32,000 bases of DNA from Trichlorobacter lovleyi SZ (lineage in GTDB: Bacteria; Desulfobacterota; Desulfuromonadia; Geobacterales; Pseudopelobacteraceae). The DNA lies in assembly GCF_000020385.1 (NCBI RefSeq), contig NC_010815.1:45114-77113 (forward strand). Direction: 5' to 3'. The position numbers and the translations under genes are program-made. Below the pieces are notes generated by a model. It searched no databases and was not told the DNA's origin. It saw only the letters and a list, made by a program, of their open reading frames with translations. Below, one piece after another: positions 15,403 to 23,365 of this stretch (the first letter of the stretch is position 1; the number at the start of each line of letters is the position of its first letter).

Positions 15403-16380
15403 TTAGATGTTAGGTCCCGGATGATTCCTGACTTGTTTGTGGAAAAGATCGGGTTTTGATTTTTGCCAGCTCTTCAGGGCCTCTACCGGGGTTTTGTGGC
15501 CGAGCGCTCGTTGCGGAATGTGCTGGTTATAGAGGTGAGCATACCTGAGCATGGTCGCCTCCAAGTCTGCGGCTGAATCAAACCGCGTGGTCGCCAATAC
15601 GTCGCTGATCCGACCGTTGAAACGCTCCACCATCCCGTTGGTCTGAGGGTGTCGTGGGGGAATGAGGCGGTGCTCAATGTTGTGTTTCAAGCAGGCCTTG
15701 TCAAAGAGGTGGTTCCCCGTGGGCTTGCGTTCACCTGCTGTGCTGAATCGGTCGGTAAAGGCTTTGTCGTTATCGGTCAGCATCTTGTGGATCTTAAAGG
15801 GAGCTTTGGCGACCAAGCGCTCCAGAAAGCCTTTTGCCGCCTGGGCCGATTTGCTTTTGCGCAACTCCAGATACACCCAGCGGCTGGCCCGGTCGATGGC
15901 GACGAACAGGTACCGACGCGAGGTCTCGTCCGGCATTTGCGGCAGATATTTGATATCGACATGAACAAAGCCGGGTTCATAGCTCTTGAAGGTCTTGGGC
16001 TTGGCTTGAGTCTCATCCTCCTTGGGGATAAGATCCGCCAGCCGAGACACACCATGACGACGCAAGAGGCGGTCCAGGGCCGAACGCGAGGCCTCGGGAT
16101 GGATGAATTCGCGGGTGACGACCAGAAGGTCATCCAAGGGCAGCAGCAGGGAACGGCGCAGCTCGATCACCACCGCTTCCTGGGCCTCGTTTAGGGTCGT
16201 GGGGAGCCGGTGCGGCGTATGAGAGTGATCATGTACCTCACTGCGTTTGCGCCACCGCCGTACGGTATCAAGGGAAATGCCCAGCTCCTTGGCCAGCCCT
16301 TTGTCCGTCTTGCTCGATTGTTGAATGTAGCGCCGAATCCTGGGTGTTGTCGTCGCGTTGGCGTGCAACCGAATTGTCAT
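15403..16380 (-). CDS. IS481-family DDE transposase
   Basis: Start refined to ATG 16380 (GGAG upstream). N-terminal HTH plus an integrase-core domain (VHVDIKYL, FVAIDRASRW, MLTDNDKAF, HPQTNGMVERFN). The ORF runs through the IR and stops at TAA (15403-15405) inside the flanking duplication. Confidence 0.9.
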   Translation of the reverse strand: MTIRLHANATTTPRIRRYIQQSSKTDKGLAKELGISLDTVRRWRKRSEVHDHSHTPHRLPTTLNEAQEAVVIELRRSLLLPLDDLLVVTREFIHPEASRSALDRLLRRHGVSRLADLIPKEDETQAKPKTFKSYEPGFVHVDIKYLPQMPDETSRRYLFVAIDRASRWVYLELRKSKSAQAAKGFLERLVAKAPFKIHKMLTDNDKAFTDRFSTAGERKPTGNHLFDKACLKHNIEHRLIPPRHPQTNGMVERFNGRISDVLATTRFDSAADLEATMLRYAHLYNQHIPQRALGHKTPVEALKSWQKSKPDLFHKQVRNHPGPNI

Positions 16381-16483
16381 ATCAGGCTCCTCAGATTTCA
16401 CCGCAGATGATGTCAAAGAGCATATCGCGAGCCAGGAACAATGAAAAGCTTTTCCTGGCGATGGAATCATCCGGGACCTGACA
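15408..16483 (-). mobile_element. IS481-family insertion sequence, intact, with a 6-bp target-site duplication
   Basis: Terminal IRs TGTTAGGTCCCGGATGATTCC (15408-15428) and the reverse complement of GGAATCATCCGGGACCTGACA (16463-16483) match at 20 of 21 positions. Flanking direct repeats GTTAGA at 15402-15407 and 16484-16489. Confidence 0.85.
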
Positions 16484-16495
16484 GTTAGATTTGAT

Positions 16496-17083
16496 TCAAC
16501 ACGCTTGCTTGCGTGAAAATTTCCATGCGACGTTAAAACCGTAGATAACAAAGCAGAGCGACAGCAGTTGCTGTGCAGATAATAACGGTTTGTTTTGGAG
16601 CAGCATCAAAGTAGCCATACAGCCGTTCATCAGCATAAAAAAGAGCCAGCCATAAAGGTTTTTCTTGGCCAGCAGGTAGCTGCCAACCAGAAATCCGAGC
16701 ATGATGCATAATTCCAAAACTTGCGATCCTGCGGTCAGGCCACCGTAATCATACAAGCTATAGCTAATACCAATAGCCAGACAAATACATGTACAAAGAG
16801 AGGCAATTCTGTCGAAGGTTTTATTCGTGCTGTCAGTATGACTAAAAGCGTTGTAAAGGCCGAACAACATGGACGGAACGACACCCGCCTGGATCGATGC
16901 GGCAATCCAGTCATGCTTACCAGCAAGAATTATGAACCACGCGGGAACGCCCAAAATATAGACGAGCCAGCCAGCTATCCATATTTTTCTTTGCCTGTTT
17001 TCACGCTGCCCTTCTGCGACAGCGAAGAAGATTTTATTCAGGAGGTAAAATCCCCCACCCCAAACTTGTAAAGCAAGATCCAT
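16496..17083 (-). CDS. PnuC-like (nicotinamide riboside transporter family) membrane protein
   Basis: 195 aa, multi-TM. The C-terminal pattern LLAKKNLYGWLFFMLMN...LSLCFVIYGFNVAWK resembles PnuC-family sequences. Confidence 0.45.
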   Translation of the reverse strand: MDLALQVWGGGFYLLNKIFFAVAEGQRENRQRKIWIAGWLVYILGVPAWFIILAGKHDWIAASIQAGVVPSMLFGLYNAFSHTDSTNKTFDRIASLCTCICLAIGISYSLYDYGGLTAGSQVLELCIMLGFLVGSYLLAKKNLYGWLFFMLMNGCMATLMLLQNKPLLSAQQLLSLCFVIYGFNVAWKFSRKQAC

Positions 17084-17115
17084 AACTTTCCCGGCCCTTC
17101 TCTGTTTGCATTAAA

Positions 17116-17703
17116 TTAGTCGTTGAGCGCTCTTTCCACCCAATCCAGACGATCCTGACCGAAGAACATCTCATCTCCCACGAACATGGTCGGTGCCCCA
17201 AAAACACCCCGCTCGACAGCTTCGTTGGTGGCATCGATCAGCGCCTTCTTGATTTCTGCTTGTGCTGTCGCTTCGATTATCGGTGCAGCGATAAAACCGG
17301 CCTTTTCCAGAACTTCAGTAATGACTTCCAGATCAGCCATATTCTTTTGGTCGACCCACATCGCTTCGAACATTACCTTGTTGTACTGCTCCAAGTGTTC
17401 AGTTGCTGCGGCCCACATTGCACCGCGCATAATACCGACCGTGTTCACCGGAAAGTGGGGGTTCATGACATAGGGTATTCCGTAGTGCTCAGCATGCCGG
17501 ATAAAATCTTTTTGCAGGTATGCTCTTTTGGACTCCACAAGCATTGGACTTGGATTGTCTATAGCTTTGAAAACCCCGCCGAGCAACATCGGTTTGTAAT
17601 TCAGGGTTGCACCTGCCTTGGTGCAGATCTTTGTCAGTTGAGTCCAGGCCATATAAGCGGTGGGGCTGCCGTAATCGTAATAAAAGTCGACCGTTTTACT
17701 CAT
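17116..17703 (-). CDS. DsbA-family 2-hydroxychromene-2-carboxylate isomerase-like protein
   Basis: The N-terminus VDFYYDYGSPTAYMAW is typical of the HCCA isomerase / DsbA-like thioredoxin-fold family. GGAGGATAGG Shine-Dalgarno. Confidence 0.7.
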   Translation of the reverse strand: MSKTVDFYYDYGSPTAYMAWTQLTKICTKAGATLNYKPMLLGGVFKAIDNPSPMLVESKRAYLQKDFIRHAEHYGIPYVMNPHFPVNTVGIMRGAMWAAATEHLEQYNKVMFEAMWVDQKNMADLEVITEVLEKAGFIAAPIIEATAQAEIKKALIDATNEAVERGVFGAPTMFVGDEMFFGQDRLDWVERALND

Positions 17704-17736
17704 CCTATCCTCCTATCTGAAAAGTAATCATGAAAC

Positions 17737-18471
17737 TTACCAAGGCTCTGAATAAGGCCGGGCATCGATTTCGAAAGTCCAGGCGGTTCGGGGTTGCTGG
17801 TACAGATGCCAGTAAATTTCCGCCAGGTGGTCGGGCTGGATGATTCCGTCTTCACTTTTGGAGGCTACCAAGTCTGGGAATAGCTCTTCTGTTGAACGGT
17901 TTTCGATTAAGCCATCTACCACAACATGGCCGATGTGAATCCCTTGTGGTCCAAGTTCTCTCGCCATACTTTGAGCGAGGGCTCGAAGGGCATGTTTACC
18001 GCCAGCAAAGGCAGCAAAGCCGCTTACTCCGCGTAGACTCGCCGAGGCACCGGTAAAGAGGATTGTGCCGCTCTTTCTCGGCACCATACGCCGGGCGACT
18101 TCCCGGCCAATCAAAAACCCGGCAAAGGCACACATCTCCCAAGATTTCTGATAGACCCGTGCGGTGGTTTCCAAAATTCCAAAGCGCACATTACCGCCGA
18201 CATTGAACACTGCAACCTCGATCGGCCCGATGTCCGACTCCACTTTCTCAACCAGTTCAGCAACCTGCGCCTCGTTTCTGGCATCAGAGTGTAAGCCGTA
18301 GGCTCGTGAGCCAAGAGCCTCAATTTCATCGATGAGGCCTGTCAGATCACCTCGTCGTCTTGTTGCGACGATGGCAAACCCTTCTTTGGCAAAGCGTTTG
18401 GCAATTGCAGAGCCAAGGTGATCACCTGCACCGACGATGAGAGCCACTTTTGGGCCTTTTGTCTTTGTCAT
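17737..18471 (-). CDS. Short-chain dehydrogenase/reductase (SDR) family oxidoreductase
   Basis: Start refined to ATG 18471. Has the Rossmann motif VALIVGAGDHLGSAIAKRF and SDR-like length (244 aa). Confidence 0.8.
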   Translation of the reverse strand: MTKTKGPKVALIVGAGDHLGSAIAKRFAKEGFAIVATRRRGDLTGLIDEIEALGSRAYGLHSDARNEAQVAELVEKVESDIGPIEVAVFNVGGNVRFGILETTARVYQKSWEMCAFAGFLIGREVARRMVPRKSGTILFTGASASLRGVSGFAAFAGGKHALRALAQSMARELGPQGIHIGHVVVDGLIENRSTEELFPDLVASKSEDGIIQPDHLAEIYWHLYQQPRTAWTFEIDARPYSEPW

Positions 18472-18732
18472 TGCAACATCCTTTCCCACCGATAAAGAGT
18501 TTCACCATCCTTGTTTTTGAAGAGGTCTTGTAAAAAGTATCATTGCTTGCGTATTCCGTTGAAATCGGCCAGAAGAACTGACATGAAGGCGGCCGCCGTT
18601 CCGCTGTGAATCCGGCCAGCGTTCCGATGATTTCGGCCAGTGCCGAGAGTGGGTCTCGGGGTGGGGTTTTTATGACGTATCCTGATGACAACAGACACTA
18701 CCACTTGATAAATTACCGAGTGGGAGGAAGTC

Positions 18733-19041
18733 ATGGGCAAGCAGCAACGTTACACCCCGGAATTTCGGTCTGAAGCAGTTAAACTCGTATTAGAGCAAAA
18801 TCTGTCGCTTTCAGTAGCATCCAAGCGACTGGGTATCCCAGAAGGAACGTTGGCCAGCTGGATGGCAGCTGTTAGATCTTCTTCAAAACCATCTGCTCCA
18901 GGGTCACGTTCAACACCTGATCTCTTGGCAGAGAATGCCAGGTTGAGGAAGGAGCTGGCAGAAACCCGCATGGAGCGTGATATCTTAAAAAAGGCAACGG
19001 CGTACTTTGCCAGGGAGTCGCTACCCGGTACGCGTTCATGA
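18733..19041 (+). CDS. IS3-family transposase OrfA (HTH)
   Basis: MGKQQRYTPEFRSEAVKLV... is a typical IS3 OrfA, with a leucine-zipper-like C-terminus. Confidence 0.9.
   Translation: MGKQQRYTPEFRSEAVKLVLEQNLSLSVASKRLGIPEGTLASWMAAVRSSSKPSAPGSRSTPDLLAENARLRKELAETRMERDILKKATAYFARESLPGTRS
18987..18993 (+). other. Programmed -1 ribosomal frameshift heptamer A AAA AAG
   Basis: The heptamer is in the orfA frame (L-K-K codons TTA AAA AAG). The -1 frame is open from here into orfB (hand-checked, no stop up to 19038). Confidence 0.7.
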
Positions 19042-19898
19042 AAAAATGGCGACTCCACTATCCTACTGTAACTATGAGCCGTATGTTTAATGTGTCCCGT
19101 AGCGGCTTTTATGCGTGGTTAAAAAGAAACCCGTCACGGCGGACTCAGGAGGATGAGCGCCTCAAGGTTGCAATCAAGGTAGCGCATACACGTACTCGTG
19201 AGAGTTACAGCGCGAAACGGTTACAACCTGAACTGGCAGCAGATGGCTTTATTGTCGGTCGTGATCGCATCGCTCGCTTACGACGAGAATTGGGATTACG
19301 CTGCCGGCAGAAGCGCAAGTTTAAAGCAACTACGAACTCAAACCACAATCTTCCTGTGGCAGAGAACCTTCTTGATCAAACTTTTACACCAAGCGCACCA
19401 AACGAAGTATGGGTTACCGATATCACCTACATCCCAACAGGAGAAGGCTGGCTTTACCTTGCTGGAGTTAAGGATGTTTTTACACGCGAAATAGTCGGTT
19501 ACGCCATGTCAAAACGAATGACGCAGGAGTTGACAGGCCGGGCTCTCTTTCGAGCGGTACAACAAAAACGACCTGCTGCCGGGTTGATTCATCATTCTGA
19601 TCGCGGCAGTCAATACTGCGCTCACGATTATAGAAAGCTTCTGAAGCAGTTCAAAATGAAGACATCCATGTCACGCAAAGGAAATTGCTATGATAATGCG
19701 CCGATGGAAAGCTTCTGGGGCAGCCTCAAAAACGAACTTGTACATCATTGCCGCTATGAAACCAGAGATGAAGCAAAAGCTTCTATCCAGGAATACATTG
19801 AGATCTTTTATAACCGCCAAAGACGCCATTCCCGTCTTGGATATGTTGCACCGGCAATATTTGCACAGAATTACAACAATCAGCAGCAAGTCGCTTGA
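19038..19898 (+). CDS. IS3-family transposase OrfB (DDE integrase core), probably expressed as an OrfAB fusion
   Basis: VWVTDITYI, HHSDRGSQY and NCYDNAPMESFWGSLK match the DD(35)E motifs of IS3-family transposases. OrfB lies in the -1 frame relative to orfA. Confidence 0.9.
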   Translation: MKKWRLHYPTVTMSRMFNVSRSGFYAWLKRNPSRRTQEDERLKVAIKVAHTRTRESYSAKRLQPELAADGFIVGRDRIARLRRELGLRCRQKRKFKATTNSNHNLPVAENLLDQTFTPSAPNEVWVTDITYIPTGEGWLYLAGVKDVFTREIVGYAMSKRMTQELTGRALFRAVQQKRPAAGLIHHSDRGSQYCAHDYRKLLKQFKMKTSMSRKGNCYDNAPMESFWGSLKNELVHHCRYETRDEAKASIQEYIEIFYNRQRRHSRLGYVAPAIFAQNYNNQQQVA

Positions 19899-19931
19899 GT
19901 TGGGAGTGTCTACTGTTGACAGGACACGTCA

Positions 19932-20693
19932 TTACTCTGTCACGGCTTCGGATTTCCGGTCAAGTGTGGATCGCTTCCGGCGCATCGATTCGCCCTTGAG
20001 TTCGATCTTGTAGGCGTTGTGCACCAGGCGGTCGAGGATGGCGTCGGCCAGGGTTGGATCCTGCATGGCATCGTACCAGGCTTTGATCGGCAGTTGGCTG
20101 GTGACGATGGTGGCTTTGCGGTCGTAGCGTTCCTCGACGATTTCCAGCAGTTCGCGCTGCTCCTCGGTGGTGAGCGGCGAGATGAGCAGGTCGTCGAGGA
20201 CCAGCACCTCGCACTTGCCGATGGGGGCCATGAGTTTGTGGTAGCGGCCGTCGAGCCGGGCGACGGCAATGTCGTGCAGCAGGCGCGGCAGCCGCTGGTA
20301 GAGAACGGTGTGGCCGTCCCGGCAGGCTTTCTGGGCCAGGGCGCAGGCGAGGTAGCTCTTGCCGGCGCCGGTCGGGCCGGTGACGAGGATGTTGTGATGC
20401 TGTCTTACCCACTGGTTTTGGGCCAACGACAGGATCAGGGCGCGGTCCATGCCCCGGCCCTGACGCAGATCGAGGTCTTCGATGGAAGCGGAGAAGCGCA
20501 GTTTGGCCGTCCGGAGCCGGTTCTGCATGCGTCGGTTTTCCAGTTCGGTCATCTGGAAATCCACGATCAAACCGAAACGCTCCTCGAAGGAGAGCGATGC
20601 CATGTCCGGGCGTTGCATCTGGTCGGCAAAGGCCTTGGCCATGCCGGATAGCTTCATGACGGTGAGTTTTTCAATGGTCGGTTGGTTCAGCAT
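19932..20693 (-). CDS. istB: IS21-family helper ATPase IstB
   Basis: Start refined to ATG 20693 (MLNQPTIEKLTVMKLSGMAKAF...). Walker A GPTGAGKSY and Walker B VLVLDD. The track's 429-aa ORF adds a spurious Pro/Arg-rich N-terminus. Confidence 0.9.
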   Translation of the reverse strand: MLNQPTIEKLTVMKLSGMAKAFADQMQRPDMASLSFEERFGLIVDFQMTELENRRMQNRLRTAKLRFSASIEDLDLRQGRGMDRALILSLAQNQWVRQHHNILVTGPTGAGKSYLACALAQKACRDGHTVLYQRLPRLLHDIAVARLDGRYHKLMAPIGKCEVLVLDDLLISPLTTEEQRELLEIVEERYDRKATIVTSQLPIKAWYDAMQDPTLADAILDRLVHNAYKIELKGESMRRKRSTLDRKSEAVTE

Positions 20694-22242
20694 GGGAGAG
20701 CCTTTCGTCGTTGTAGTAATGGGTTCCCCGGAGGTTCTCGTGGGAGACGGGCGGTAATTCCAGTTGGCTGGGTAGCGGCTTCTGGTCGAGGTTGTTCTCC
20801 AGAATCGACTTGATGCTTTTGTAACTGACGCCGCGGATGGCGAGCGCCCGGGCGCAGGCGGCCTCCAGGCGTTCCTTGGAAAAGCGCTTGCCCAGGGATA
20901 TGACCCCCATGCAGGAGCGGAAGCCGTGCTCGGGGTAGGCCTTGCGCGAAAGAATCTGCTCCACGACGGCGGCCGTGGCCGCTCCGCTCTGGGCCGCCCA
21001 GGCGACGATGCGCTGCGGCGTCCACTCGGCATATTCCCGATGCGCCTTGGGCATGTGTTCCGGCAGGGTGCTGTGCTTGCCCTGTAGATACGACCGGGGA
21101 TGGGAAGCCACCCGGTTCCCCCTGTGCAGACATTCGATGGTGGTCGCGGTGGCGCGGATCTCCAACTGCTCCCCCACCAGGCGATGGGGAACGCTGTAAA
21201 AATGGTGGTCCACCTCGACATGGTAATCGATATGGACCCGGGCTTTGCTCCACTGGGAGAGCTGATAGGGGGTCTCGGGCAGCGGCCGCATCGCCGGCCG
21301 GTCGAACTCTTCGAAACGACTGCGGCGACAGCCGGGGAGTTTGCGGAAGGGACGGTTATTGAGCAGCTCCAGGCGTTGCCGGATGGCGGCGTTGGCCTCC
21401 GCCAGGCTGAAGAAGGTGCGCTGGCGAAGCCCGGCCAGAATAAAGCGCTGGGCGATCAGCACGCCCCCTTCGACCTTGGCCTTGTCCTTGGGCCGGCGAA
21501 CGCGGGCGGGGATGACGGCGGTGCCGTAATGGTCGGCACATTCGGCATAGGAGGGATTGAGCTGCGGCTCGTAGCGGCAGGCCTTGGTGACCCCGGAGCG
21601 CAGATTGTCCGGAACCACGCACTGGGGAACGGCCCCAAGATAGCCGAAAGCCCGGATGTGGGAGCCGATCCAGTCGGGCAGGCCCTGGGTCCAGGTCGCC
21701 TCGGCGTAGGTCAGGTTGCTGTTGCCCATGACCCCGACGAAGATCTCGGCTTCCCGGATCTCCCCCGTCGAGGCGTCCACGATGGGCAGGGTCATCCCGC
21801 TGTAGTCGACGAAAAACTTGTCACCGGCACGGTGCTCCTGACGCATGGAACGATCCAGCTTCTTGCGCCATTGCCGATAGAGTTCGCAAAACTGGCTGTA
21901 CTGGTAACCGGAAGGTTCACCCTCTTTGTACTCCTGCCAGAGCAGCATCAGGGTGAGGTGTTTGTGGCTGGTCAGTTCATCGTGCAGAGATTGCCAGTCG
22001 GGCTGGTGCAGCTTGCGGGATGAAGGTGGTTGCGGCGGGGGATAGAGAAGCTTCTCAAGAGCCTCGTCGTCCAAGGCAATCGGCCAGCAAAGGCCGGCGG
22101 CGATGGCGCGGGCAATCGTATCGTTCACGGTACTCTTGCCGACACCGCAGGCTTTGGCCGTATCGCGCCGGCTCCGGTTGCAACCCCAGACCAGGCGCAG
22201 GATCTCACGTATTTTTCGCATGGCAACTCTTTCTCTCGGCAT
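20671..22242 (-). CDS. istA: IS21-family transposase IstA
   Basis: Start refined to ATG 22242 (GAGGAGG 5 nt upstream; MPRERVAMRKIREILRL...). N-terminal HTH plus a DDE core. Overlaps the istB start by 23 nt. Confidence 0.9.
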   Translation of the reverse strand: MPRERVAMRKIREILRLVWGCNRSRRDTAKACGVGKSTVNDTIARAIAAGLCWPIALDDEALEKLLYPPPQPPSSRKLHQPDWQSLHDELTSHKHLTLMLLWQEYKEGEPSGYQYSQFCELYRQWRKKLDRSMRQEHRAGDKFFVDYSGMTLPIVDASTGEIREAEIFVGVMGNSNLTYAEATWTQGLPDWIGSHIRAFGYLGAVPQCVVPDNLRSGVTKACRYEPQLNPSYAECADHYGTAVIPARVRRPKDKAKVEGGVLIAQRFILAGLRQRTFFSLAEANAAIRQRLELLNNRPFRKLPGCRRSRFEEFDRPAMRPLPETPYQLSQWSKARVHIDYHVEVDHHFYSVPHRLVGEQLEIRATATTIECLHRGNRVASHPRSYLQGKHSTLPEHMPKAHREYAEWTPQRIVAWAAQSGAATAAVVEQILSRKAYPEHGFRSCMGVISLGKRFSKERLEAACARALAIRGVSYKSIKSILENNLDQKPLPSQLELPPVSHENLRGTHYYNDERLSHAEPTDH

Positions 22243-22477
22243 CACGCCCTCCTCGGATGGAATCAAGGACGGCAGAATACCCGTGGAGTTACCCCGCGAC
22301 TACACTCTCACATCACATTGGCCGGATTGCTCCGGAATGGTGGACGGAATCGAATCGGAATGCTGGCCGGATTCCCGCCGGAACGGTGGACGCTTTCCCG
22401 TCGGAATCGTGGCCGGATTCGGCCGGAATACGCATTGCTCGTTAAAATAACTCAAATCGATTGTTTTTATAGAAACG

Positions 22478-22492
22478 ATAACTCATGGTTAT
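22478..22492. promoter_or_regulatory. LysR-type T-N11-A palindrome ATAACTCATGGTTAT
   Basis: ATAAC-N5-GTTAT is a perfect inverted repeat, 3 nt upstream of the LysR ATG (22496) in the former LysR/SDR divergent intergenic region. Confidence 0.45.
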
Positions 22493-22495
22493 GGC

Positions 22496-23362
22496 ATGGA
22501 GTTACATCAGCTAAAACAATTTGTCGCGGCTGCAGAGTCTGAAAGCTTTACTCGTGGTGCAGAGCGAGCCTTCGTTTCGCAACCAGCCCTTTCAGCATCG
22601 ATTTCCAAGCTCGAAGACGAAATGGGCACCCAACTCTTCATCCGCAACAAGCGCAGCGTCGTCCTCACCCCTGCGGGCAGAAAACTGCTCAAGCGGGCCA
22701 AACTGATCATTGCTGAATGTGCCCAGGCGAAGGCCGAATTGAAACATCACGAGGTGCAGCGATCATTACGACTGGGCGTGATCAACACGCTTGCCATTGG
22801 CCAGGTGGCAAAGCTGATTGAGCAATATCGGCGAGAAAATCCGGAGGTGTTGCTCGATGTAACTGATGCCAGTCAGGATCAGATTGAAAAATTACAAAAG
22901 GAAGCACGCATCGATTTCGCTTTGACGCGGCTTGTCCAGGGCAAAGAAAAGAAGGGTCGTCAGGAAGTCTTGTTCAGCGAACCATACGTCGTCGCCCTGC
23001 CACTCGGCCACCATCTGAGCGGCCGCAAAGAGGTCAGTTTTTCTGAACTGGCAGAGGAACCGTTCATTGCCCGCACACATTGTGAAAGCCGGGCTCTTAT
23101 TGGGGAGCTGTTGAAAGAAAAAGGGGTACGCCTCAACGTAGTCTACAAAACCAACCAGGACGACAGGGCGATTTCTTTGGTCGAAGTCGGTGTCGGTATC
23201 GCCATCATCCCGCAGCACTATGCCTCAACGTCAATAGCCAAGATCAGCCTAGCAGATCTGAAAGCAGAGCGGCAAATCGGCTTTGAATGGACCGGGGAGT
23301 CGAACAAAGAGGAAATCGAAAAATTTGTCGATTTCTCCAAAACAGTTCCCTGGGCTCATTGA
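22496..23362 (+). CDS. LysR-family transcriptional regulator
   Basis: N-terminal HTH (LKQFVAAAESESFTRGAERAFVSQPALSASISKLEDEMGTQLFIR) and LysR-typical length (288 aa). Confidence 0.9.
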   Translation: MELHQLKQFVAAAESESFTRGAERAFVSQPALSASISKLEDEMGTQLFIRNKRSVVLTPAGRKLLKRAKLIIAECAQAKAELKHHEVQRSLRLGVINTLAIGQVAKLIEQYRRENPEVLLDVTDASQDQIEKLQKEARIDFALTRLVQGKEKKGRQEVLFSEPYVVALPLGHHLSGRKEVSFSELAEEPFIARTHCESRALIGELLKEKGVRLNVVYKTNQDDRAISLVEVGVGIAIIPQHYASTSIAKISLADLKAERQIGFEWTGESNKEEIEKFVDFSKTVPWAH

Positions 23363-23365
23363 GAA

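Larger units (their letters stand above)
18673..19931 (+). mobile_element. IS3-family insertion sequence, intact, nested in the IS21 element; 3-bp TSD TTA
   Basis: Imperfect IRs TGACGTATCCTG... (from 18673) and ...CAGGACACGTCA (to 19931). Flanking TTA at 18670-18672 and 19932-19934. Carries orfA/orfB with an A AAA AAG frameshift site. Confidence 0.85.
18548..22434 (-). mobile_element. IS21-family insertion sequence (istA-istB) carrying a nested IS3-family element; 5-bp TSD TTGCT
   Basis: Termini TGCGTATTCCG (18548-18558) and CGGAATACGCA (22424-22434) are perfect inverted copies. Multiple GGCCGGATT...-type subterminal repeats occur at both ends. Direct repeats TTGCT at 18543-18547 and 22435-22439. 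The element is visibly much more GC-rich than its flanks. Confidence 0.85.

Noticed and set aside
15649-16194. 181-aa plus-strand ORF, plus other ORFs inside the IS481 element
   Set aside because: They are antisense or out of frame relative to the clearly homologous IS481 transposase and have no independent support.
19036-19047. A-run (ATGAAAAAATGG) at the orfA stop / orfB ATG as the IS3 frameshift site
   Set aside because: It lies at or after the orfA stop codon. The canonical in-frame A AAA AAG heptamer at 18987-18993, with an open -1 frame, is the better candidate.
19932-21221. 429-aa ORF in the track that appears to extend istB upstream by about 176 residues
   Set aside because: The extension is Pro/Arg/Ser/Ala-rich low-complexity sequence, lies out of frame over the 3' half of istA, and is typical of spurious open frames in GC-rich DNA. 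A canonical IstB N-terminus (MLNQPTIEKL...) starts at 20693.
20019-22542. Several long plus-strand ORFs (20019..20651, 21100..22023, 22020..22445, 22030..22542, 22103..22450) and the minus-strand ORFs 20687..21253 and 19960..20412
   Set aside because: All overlap istA, istB or the IS21 terminal repeats in other frames. They have Gly/Ala/Arg/Pro-rich, motif-free translations and no Shine-Dalgarno. They are GC-rich shadow ORFs.
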